DNA from: Octopus vulgaris
Taxonomy: Eukaryota
NCBI GenBank assembly: GCA_951406725.2
Contig: OX597820.1
Span: forward strand, 55,552,001 to 55,616,000
Length of the DNA: 64,000 nt
Direction of reading: 5' to 3'
Every line of letters begins with the position of its first letter. Positions within the stretch are counted from its first letter, which is position 1. This document shows, in pieces, positions 54,825 through 64,000 of this stretch. A program made the translations under genes and the position numbers. The notes beneath the pieces are model-generated. The model made no database searches, was not told where the DNA came from, and saw only the letters and a list, made by a program, of their open reading frames with translations.

Positions 54825-55155
54825 ATTAGGGCCACCACAAACAATGTCAACACAATGAAAGGCCGGTCTGGTGAGATTGCTGAAATGCTACAACAGAGGC
54901 ATGTAGTTGCCTGATGGAAGGGAGCATTTACTAGACTCTTCATGGGCAAGGAACAAAAGTACAAACTCTTGCGGGTATGTAGTAGTGATGACATGTGTGA
55001 TATAGGTATGGTCTTGCCTGATAAGTGGGTAGATAAAGTGATCAAGATAGTCAGGGCGTGTGATAGGATTGATAAGTTAAAACTAGTATTAGATAATGCA
55101 ACATTAATATTTATCTTGGCATATGCACCACAAGCTGGATTAGCATATGATCAGA
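54825..55155 (+). pseudogene. RTE AP-endonuclease fragment
   Basis: NVNTMKGRSGEIAEML...WVDKVI...DRI.KLKLV...AYAPQAGL. Confidence 0.8.
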
Positions 55156-55373
55156 AGGCACAAGACCTTTCTCTCACTACAATTTTTTATCCACACACTC
55201 TCTCTCTATCAATTTCTCTTTGGGAATATCCCTCATTACTCCCCGTTTGTGTCCTTTCTCCTCTCACTCACTCTCTCTCTCTACTCTTCTCTCTGTCTTG
55301 TCTATTTCATTGGTGATTATGATGACAATACATACAATGACAAAAGATATATATCAAAAAGAAATCAACTTAC

Positions 55374-55538
55374 TTGCAAGCAATACCATAAGACTCTGGA
55401 TGGATCCAGGTGCGATCCAGTGGATTTGGTCCATCTTTCACTTCCAGCTTGACTTTCTTGGAACTTTGCTTTGACTCTGTTTTCAGTTTTCGTTTTTTCC
55501 CTTTTGAAGGTCCTGCTTCTATTTCACACACTTCTTCA
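55374..55538 (-). CDS. SRBD1: SRBD1 exon C (S-EEVCEIEAGPSKGKKRKLKTESKQSSKKVKLEVKDGPNPLDRTWIHPESYGIAC-K)
   Basis: 165 nt. Acceptor tcttacag|T, donor TGCAA|gtaagt. Phase 2/2. Contains the conserved NPLD.T.IHPESY motif and a basic NLS-like patch. Confidence 0.94.
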
Positions 55539-55613
55539 CTGTAAGACATTGAAATATTGTTATCATTATTTCACCCCAGATCAGCTTTGAAGAAGTAGAC
55601 TTTTTCAGACATA

Positions 55614-56154
55614 TGAGGGGGTACCCAAAAGAAACTGGAATTTTGCAATATGATTTTATTCACTTAGCTTTACATGTTTACTCTTTTACCGCCTTCAAAG
55701 TATTCTCCATTTGAAGCAATGCATTGGACCAGAAGTGTTTTCCACTATTCCTGATGTTTTCATTCATTTGGGAGGTCGATGGATGCCCTGAACAAGGTTG
55801 GTCTTCAAGTGACAAGTGACCATTCCTAAAGCATGGAAACCACTCGTAAACTTGTTTTTTTGCTCATGGCAGCAGCCTTGTAAGCTGTTTGAAGCATGAC
55901 AACAGTTTTAGCTGCTATTTTCCCCTGCAGAAAACAGAATTTCAAGGAAGCATGCTGTTCCTTCATTTCAGCCATCGCAAAAATCAACAAACAGAGGAGA
56001 AGCACTGCAAGACAAAGGCACACCACATGACAATACAACTCCAGTGGATGACGTCAGTCGGCAGACTGTTGCCTGAAGATCACATCAAGTGGCTTCTAAT
56101 GGCAGAAGCTTGTAACACAGAGAACATTTCCAGTTACTTTTGGGTACTCTGTTG
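55614..56154 (-). mobile_element. Internally deleted mariner
   Basis: TIRs gggtacccaaaagaaactggaa and ttccagttacttttgggtac. ORF 55826..56038 has EQHASLKFCFLQGKIAAKTVVML, a mariner N-terminus. Confidence 0.75.
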
Positions 56155-56892
56155 TACGTGCTAGTGTGAATATGTGCTAAGAAGCTTGCCTCCAGACCAT
56201 GTAGTAGCAGTAGTGGCAGTGGCAGCACACCGTTGTCATCCACTTTTCCATATTTGCATAGGTTAGATGAAATTTACTGAGGCAGAATTTCTACAGCCAG
56301 ATTACTTTTCTGTTGCACACTCTCACCAGTTTCAAAATAAAAGATTGAAAATGAAGGATTCCGACTGTATGACACTGACACTCTTGTTTCCAACTATCAT
56401 GCAATGTCAAGACAAGGAAATGAAAACACAAAACACACATACCGATATATACAGATAGACTTATACAATGGTCTTCTTTTAGTTTCCATGTACCAAATCC
56501 TCTCACATGGCTTTTGTTGACTTGGGACTATAGTAGAAAATATTTGCCCAAAGTGGGATTGGACCTAATATCAGGTGGTTGGGGAGCAAAATTCTTGACC
56601 ACACAGCCCACATATATAATCTTTAGTATTGTGTAAAAACATGCACAAGTATATAATATATATAACCCATGCTAGCATGGAAAGCGGACGTTAAACGATG
56701 ATGATTTATATCACACACACACACACACAGTATCAGTTCTTAGCCACAAGTTTCTTTTGAGTTTTACCATACACTGCTCATTTACTCTGTGCTTGATTAT
56801 CTACAACTGGTTCACTCATCACTGCTGGCTGTGGCTAGACTAACAACATGATGGTGGGGTTCAAAAACTTCTCAGATCATAGTAAATGTGTA

Positions 56893-57078
<186 letters not shown>

Positions 57079-57639
57079 ATGGATATTGAAATAAATAGGA
57101 TACTGCAGCAAGTTTTGTGAATTCTTATTGTTGAGCTCAATTCAAATACTCCTGAAGGAGAAATCACATTTTTACACGGGGAGTAAAATGATAGGCCAGG
57201 CACCTCTACACTAGGGATGAGCAATCTTTTATTTGAGATGCAGTCTACATGAGACATGGCTCATCAACAGGCTGACCACTCTACTAAAAGAATTCAAGGT
57301 AATTTTTCGTTGGCATGCCATTCAAATAGTTCCACAGGCTGCAGTATGTCTATGTCCATGACTGCTTTTGACAGCTGTTTGATCAGCTAGAAATAACATC
57401 CAAATCTCACTCAGATCAAATCATACCACCTTAAAAAAGGTAGGGACACACTGGCTAATAGACTTAGACACACTTTATATAAAAGAACATGTAGGATTGT
57501 CATAGATAGCTTATCTTTGAATATAAGTCTTGCCAGTCAAAATAGATTTGAAGTAAAACAACAATCCACCTCTCTTTTGACCCAATGGGGAAGCCTCTCC
57601 ATGGTGGCTTCATCAGTTATAAAAGTCTATCAAACCTGC

Positions 57640-57985
57640 TGAGCTGCTGAAACCCCCTTCGGTCATGACTGACCATGGGATTGCACCTAGAAAGTTACCC
57701 TCCCAGGCACAAGTCCAGGCAAGGTTGTTTATGGAAGACCAGCAGTCACCCATGCATACAGGCCTCCCCTCTCCATGCCACCAGTGCTATCCAAGGGAAA
57801 GGCAAAGGCCGATACAGCTTGGCACCTGTGACATCGCAACTCATTTCTACAGATGAGTGAACAGGAGCAATGTGAAATAAAGTGTCTTGCTCAAGAACAC
57901 AACACGCAGCCCGGTCCGGGATTCGAACTCACAACCTCATGACCATAAGCTTGACACTCTAACCACTGAGCCATGTGCCTTCACA
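57640..57985 (-). mobile_element. tRNA-derived SINE
   Basis: Minus-strand head with A box tggctcagtggttagag and B box gagttcgaatccc. A 3' part recurs at 61725-61890. Confidence 0.8.
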
Positions 57986-59338
57986 AATCACACCATACGA
58001 ATTTAACATGTTGACCGCCACATGTATCACAAGTGGTTCATTACAGACTTCACACATCCATCATATGTATCACTGGTGGCACACTTGCATAATTTGAGAA
58101 AATATTTTATTCGGTATCTTTGACATAGTATTGAGGATATTTAAATAAACATGAGCACTAAATATTAAAGTTTAATTATGAAATATGAAAATGCAAAAAA
58201 ATTATATTTCCTTGGGATTAAACAGTATACAGTGCAACCGAAAATAATGTGGCACCACCAGTAAGTTCCAACAACAGTCCATGGCAATTAATGTGTTAAA
58301 AGGCACATTAGATGATGCATTCTCATGTACACTATTGCTTAAAAAAAGGGGCAGATAAGATAGCCATGGCAGGAATGCCTTAAACAATAAGTCTGCTCTA
58401 TCATAACTTATTGTCAAGCAAGTACACAAAGTTTGACCTTTTAGCATTCAGATTACTCAGTCAAATGTAATGTTTATTTATTCTCATTGGTTTGACGACA
58501 TGATAGTATATTTTTAGAATGACATTGTAGGGTAGGTGTGAGAGATGGAATCTGACTCATTTGAGTGTAAAACAGGTAGAAAATTTGGGCCAGATATGAC
58601 TGGTTTAAATGCTAAAGGGTTAAATTGATAGGACAGTTATGACTGGAATGCTTTTAATTATAAATTTACTTAACCAAGCTCTGCTTCAGTTAAACAATAA
58701 ATAACAGCACACAATACTTCAAAACCAATTGCACAAGAAGTTGCAGTGCAGTCATGTCTGTAAGTGAACTGGTAAGTTTACATTGTCATCAAGAGGTCCT
58801 GATTTCCATCCTAGTGAACAATACCGTGGGCAAGTGTCTTCTACTATGACTTTAGGTCAAACCAAACCACAGGAGTAAAATTGGGTAGGCAGAAATTGTA
58901 CAGAAATTGTAATTACATGAACTGTACATGTAATTAAATAGAGCTAACCTTGTCACACAATCTCATCCTGGATGAGATATTGAACATACCCTGTACCTTT
59001 TTGTTACCATATTTCTGTTGGAATATGCTGCCTTTATTTCATTTAATACTGAAATTAATGAAGAATTTAGCGAAGTAACTTTGTCATTAAGCTGGTGTTT
59101 AGAACAGATATTAACATGAAATTTTAATAGAAGGTTTTAATTTAGATCACTTTAAAAAGGTTTATGGGTACAACTCAATCAAGCATTATTGCTCATTCAG
59201 AGATAGTTTCATAGATTCAACAACCGGAATACTCATCGATGAAAGTGACACAAAATACATCATCAAAATGTATAGAAAGACAAAAACAGGTGTGTGTGTG
59301 TGTGTGCGTACATGCATGTGTGCATATTTAATACAGAC

Positions 59339-59515
59339 CTCAAATTTAATTTATTTCCAGTAGGGTTAATTCGGATAAATCCTGCACACTGATTGTATGT
59401 TTTCTCCCCGATGCCCTTCACCAGTCTTAACTGCTCACGGTTACAAAAGTTTCCTTGTTTTTCTCGCCATTCAATGATATGTTTAGCCTGTGATGAGCTC
59501 AAACCTGACACCTTC
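59339..59515 (-). CDS. SRBD1: SRBD1 exon B, helix-hairpin-helix region ([58 protein letters not shown])
   Basis: 177 nt. Acceptor tttatttccag|G, donor TTGAG|gtctgt. Phase 2 in and out, compatible with exon A. Matches the Tex HhH motif IIEWREK.G.F.NREQL..VKG.G.K...QCAGFIRI. Overlaps ORF 59263..59511. Confidence 0.95.
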
Positions 59516-59804
59516 CTGGAAATAAAAAGGTATATCTATTGAATTAATACTATACTTATGCATATTACACAATACTAGAGGTTATACATATGACACAATA
59601 ATTACTAACAGAATACAAAATGTATAATATATAGCCACTACACATTCTTTATTTTCTATCCTTGTTTCTTTCTTTGTTCCTTTCTGTAGAAGAGCATAGG
59701 CTCGAAATGTTAAAAACTTTTTCACTTCCTGAGCGTTATGCTAATACATCTGTTTGTTGTCCACACCATCTGTCTTCGTCTTTTGTTTTTTGTGTGAATT
59801 CTCC

Positions 59805-59847
<43 letters not shown>

Positions 59848-60282
59848 TACACACACACACACACACATACATACATACACACAAACACTCACACAAATTT
59901 GTATTATATATTTATCATAAGTTATATAACACATTATATATACTTCGATATAAACATATACATGGCATTAGGAAGGGCATCCAGCCATAAAAAAACATGC
60001 TAAATCAGACTGGAACCTGGTGCAGCTCCCCAGCTCAGTCAAACTGTCTAACCCATGCCAGCGTGGAAAGCAGACAGTAAATGATGCTGATGATGATAAA
60101 AGTAATGTTTAAATCTACAATTATATCGATATTACACAAGAAATGTTAGTTCTCTGTAACAAAATGCAACAGGTGTTTCTTTGACGATGCACTGTGATTA
60201 GACATCCACATGCACTTGGAACATTCAATGTCAAGTTCCTTGATGGCCTTGATTTTACTTAGCTGGACAGGTCTTCTCAAGC

Positions 60283-61224
60283 AGCCTTGAAGATGAAGAT
60301 CGAATAGGACGTCCAGTTGAGTTTGATGATAAGCTCCTTGAGGCATTACTTGAAGAAAATCCTGCATTATCAGTTGAAGAATTGGCAATAAAGCTTAGTT
60401 CAAACCATACAACTGTTCACCATCATCTTCAACATGGAAAGGTTCCTAAACTTGGAAAATGGGTGCCTCATGAACTGACCGAAAGCAACTGCAAATCCCG
60501 AGTTAATATCTGCTCTTCTCTCCATTCTCATGAACTCATTTCACACTTTTTGGATAGACTAGTGACTGGTGACGAAAAATGGATCTTCTCTCGAAATGTT
60601 AAATGTCATAAACAGTGGCTTGGTAAAAGGGAAAAAGCTCAACCACAACCGAGAAGGGAACTTTATGGAAAAAAGGTTCTTCTCTCTATCTGGTGGGATT
60701 GCAAAGGAGTAATTCACTTTGAATTGTTACCACCTAATGCAATGATACAACAATCAATGCTCAAGTGTACTGTCAGCAATTAAAACGTTTGAACCAAGCT
60801 TTGAAGGTAAAAAGACCCCACTTTAGTGAATCAAAAAGGAGTGATGTTTCATCAGGACAATGTGTGACCCCACACTGCAAAGATCACATCACAGAAGATC
60901 AAAGAGCTTGATTGGGAAAAAATTCCTCATCCACCTTATTCTCCCGACCTTGCTCCTTCAGACTACCATTTGTTTCGTAGTTTGCAGAATCTTTTGGTGG
61001 GCATAATATTTGCAAGCCAGGAGGAGGTCGAAACTGACATTTCAGAGTTCTTTGCTTTGAAACCAAAAGAGTTTTACATTAATGGGATTACAAAGCTTGT
61101 AAATTGATGGAAGAAAGTCATAGATAATCAGGGAAAGTACATTGATTAAATTTCAATTAAATATAATATTTGATCACTTGTTTTCTTTATTCAAAATTCA
61201 GACAGAACTTATGGGATGACCTGA
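60283..61224 (+). pseudogene. 5'-truncated D,D34D mariner transposase with right TIR
   Basis: WVPHEL, VTGDEKWIF, FHQDN and HPPYSPDLAPSDYHLFRSL, with frameshifts. End gacagaacttatgggatgacctga-TA. Confidence 0.9.
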
Positions 61225-62674
61225 TATATACATACATATACGCACAAAAACATATATATATATATTTTACTATTTTGCACATTACTTAATCATTGTTATA
61301 TATTTTATCTTATGTTTAATCTTTCCATAAGATGTAATTTTTCTAAATGGTATAATTTAATTTTTTCATTATTGAATTGATAAAAGGTGTTTTTTCTAAT
61401 TTATATATATATATATGTATATATATAGGCATAGATATAGAAACACTGTCGTGTATTTCCTATGTATAAACACACACACACGTATATATAATTCTAAAAA
61501 CACAATATATCATCATCATCATCAGCAGCAACAACATTGTTTCACACTTTCCTATGGTTATTTCTTTCCAATAAAGTTAGTATTTCCTCAAGGCCAGACA
61601 TGTTTTCATGGAAAATTGGAAACAAACAACACCATTTGCATGATGGTGACACACTCAATTATCACGATATCAACATGAGGAGGCACACACACACGCATGC
61701 AAACACACATTATAAACGCAGGGTGAGAACCCTCTCCAATCATGAATGACCATGGATTGCACATAGAAAGTTAACCTCTGAGGCACAATTCTGGGCAAGG
61801 TTTTTTTTACGGAAGACCAGCAGTCACCCATGCATACTGGCCTCCCCTCTCCACATCACCAGTGTTATCCAAGGGAAAGGCAAAGGCAAATACATGGACA
61901 CACTCACTGGTTTGATTTCCACTCATTTATTATTTATATTTTTTCTTCCAAAATCAAACCGGTGAGTGAAAAAACACAATCTGAGCATATCATAACTTTC
62001 CAGTATATACCGAAGTACCCTCTGATTAACTTCAACATAAAACTACCGCTTAATACTTGACAAAAAGAACACAAGACCATCAATCATATGACCAATCAAA
62101 ATCAAAAGAACCAACACTTAAATATTTTAGTGATCCGTTTATCATTTTAAACTCAATGATGAGTACAGCTGACTGTAAAGTTGGCTGCACAAAACCTTTA
62201 GGCATGGAGAAATAATTCCATCTACTTAGACGCAATTGTACAAATGTAAGAGTGGTGAGAAAGGATCTTCAGACATTGGACCTCACAGAAGGGATGACAA
62301 GGAACTGAGACTTCTGACAGTTTGCTGTGCTTGAGACAGTTTGCTGTGCTTGAGACAGTTTGCTGTGCTTAAGTAAAATCATGGGTGTTCTCGCATACAG
62401 GCATGTCTCCTATATCTCATTTCAGCCAAGTGATCCTAATCTTCTGGGCACATAGGTGCTGGTGCCACATAAAAGCATCCAGTACTCTGTAAAGTGGTTA
62501 GCATTAGGAAGGGCATCCAGCTGTAGAAACCAAACCAAATCAGATATGAAGCCTGAGTAGCTGGTCAGCTCCTGTCAAACTGTCCAACCCATGCCAGCAT
62601 GGAAAACAAACATTAAATGATGATAATGATGATGATGTAAAGTAGGGATGAGAAGGTTTACCTGAGTAACTCAC

Positions 62675-62781
62675 CTTAATAGATGTTCACTAGCTGTATT
62701 CAAGTCAACTCCAACAAAACTGACACACTCCTGTACAATACCATCTAAAGCATCTTTCAACTTGTTGTCCGCAACATCATG
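62675..62781 (-). CDS. SRBD1: SRBD1/Tex-like protein, internal exon A ([36 protein letters not shown])
   Basis: 107 nt. Acceptor cttcctatag|CAT, donor TTAAG|gtgagt. Translation matches the Tex/SRBD1 motif HDV...[14 protein letters not shown]. Ends in phase 2. Confidence 0.93.
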
Positions 62782-63164
62782 CTATAGGAAGAAATATATA
62801 GTGGTCATCCATCAAGGCCAACACACCATCACAACTATATCATCTTCATTAATGTATGACAGGTATCCAGGTATAAAAAAACAGTTGGTTCCATAAAAAA
62901 CTGAGATTGATTTAAAAGAGTAGATTAACCCCACCCCACCCCACAACTGCCAGCCTTGTGCCTAAATTAGAGAAAGGAAGTTATTAGTTTTATATTATTA
63001 CATACAATAACAAATCCACTGTCATGGTACCAAAACTTTTCTTATACAATATTACCACAACTGTTATCTCTCCCTCAAACCACCACAACTATAACACCAT
63101 CACAATCTCCAACACCACCATAACATCACAACTACACCTCCATCACCATGATACCATTATAACT

Positions 63165-63292
63165 CCACTACCACGACTACTACTATTACTACTACTACTA
63201 CTACTACTAATGCTGCTGCTGCTGCCGCCACCGCTGCTACTAGTGCTGCTGCCACCGCTACTGCTGCTGCTGCTACTACTACTGTTATTATC
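63165..63292. repeat. Compound (CTA)n/(CTG)n trinucleotide repeat
   Basis: Visible directly; the source of the poly-Leu ORF 63024..63338. Confidence 0.9.
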
Positions 63293-63569
63293 ATACCATT
63301 GTAACACGTCCATTATCATATCATCACTACTACAATAGTACCACCCATCATTATATACTCACAACTGTAACACTAGTGACACCATACTATCACATCATCA
63401 GTCTCATCATCATTTAACATCTGTTTTCCATTCTGGCATGGGTTGGACAGTCTGACAGGAGCTGGCCAGCAAAAGAGCTGCACCAGGCTCAATTGTCTGT
63501 TTTGGCAAGGTTTCTATGGCTGGATGCCCTTTAAAATCCCATACTGCACAACTTCCACAACTCTACCAT

Positions 63570-64000
63570 CTCTCTCATTCTCTCACATTTCTTGTTCTTT
63601 TTATGAAGTGCCCTGTCCATTATGTTCCAGAGGTGTTCAATAGGGTTCATATCTGGTGACTGGCTTGGCATGGAAACTTTTTAATGTTATTCTCATCCAA
63701 CAAATCTTGGGTCATTTTAGCTGTGTGACAAGGAGCTCCATCTTCCATAAATAGTCTTCTCTAATCATTTCATCACTGGAGAAGATTGGAAGGTGTCCTT
63801 TCTTCAATATGGACACATATTTATCTGAGTTTATGTTTCCTTCACATTCCACTAGCTCTGATCAACCATTGCTCCAAATTGCTCCCCAGCCCATCACAGA
63901 ATTGATGCCATGTTTCATTGTTGACTGCAATCTTTTCACATCAAATTCTTGATCAAAGAGTCTCCAGACCCACACTCAACCACAGTCAAGAAATACAGCA
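63570..64000 (-). mobile_element. Tc1-like transposase remnant running off the window
   Basis: Minus-strand translation: [15 protein letters not shown]...INSDKYVSIL...MEDGAPCHTAK...SPDMNPIEHLW. Confidence 0.8.

Noticed and set aside
62316-62370. Three tandem copies of a 19 bp unit
   Set aside because: Simple slippage within an RTE C-terminal remnant.

Overview
AT-rich, microsatellite- and transposon-dense eukaryotic DNA, most likely a coleoid cephalopod (Octopus). This assignment is inferred from the repeat families (tRNA-derived SINEs, RTE LINE 3' ends with (GAT)n tails), not from a database search. The window lies inside one minus-strand gene, an SRBD1/Tex-like S1 RNA-binding protein. Four phase-compatible GT-AG exons are present (62781-62675, 59515-59339, 55538-55374, 23329-23244). 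The 5' exons and the S1-domain exons were not found and probably lie outside the window. Nearly all other listed ORFs are microsatellite translations or dead TE fragments (RTE, CR1, L1/Tx1, R4/Dong, mariner, Tc1, piggyBac- and pogo-type MITEs, Helitrons, Penelope-like ends). The most striking feature is an old, TE-interrupted ~26 kb nested inverted duplication within the 32 kb intron (arms ~26990-44977 and ~46557-53372). Its outer blocks are visibly diverged, but its innermost 119 bp are 118/119 identical and carry a duplicated E-box/GGATT/Forkhead-like motif. It is a candidate long pre-mRNA duplex (ADAR substrate) or a homogenised regulatory module. Several local templated insertions, fold-back inversions and decayed minimal hammerhead-like motifs are also present. 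Repeat boundaries were read by eye and may be off by tens of bases.
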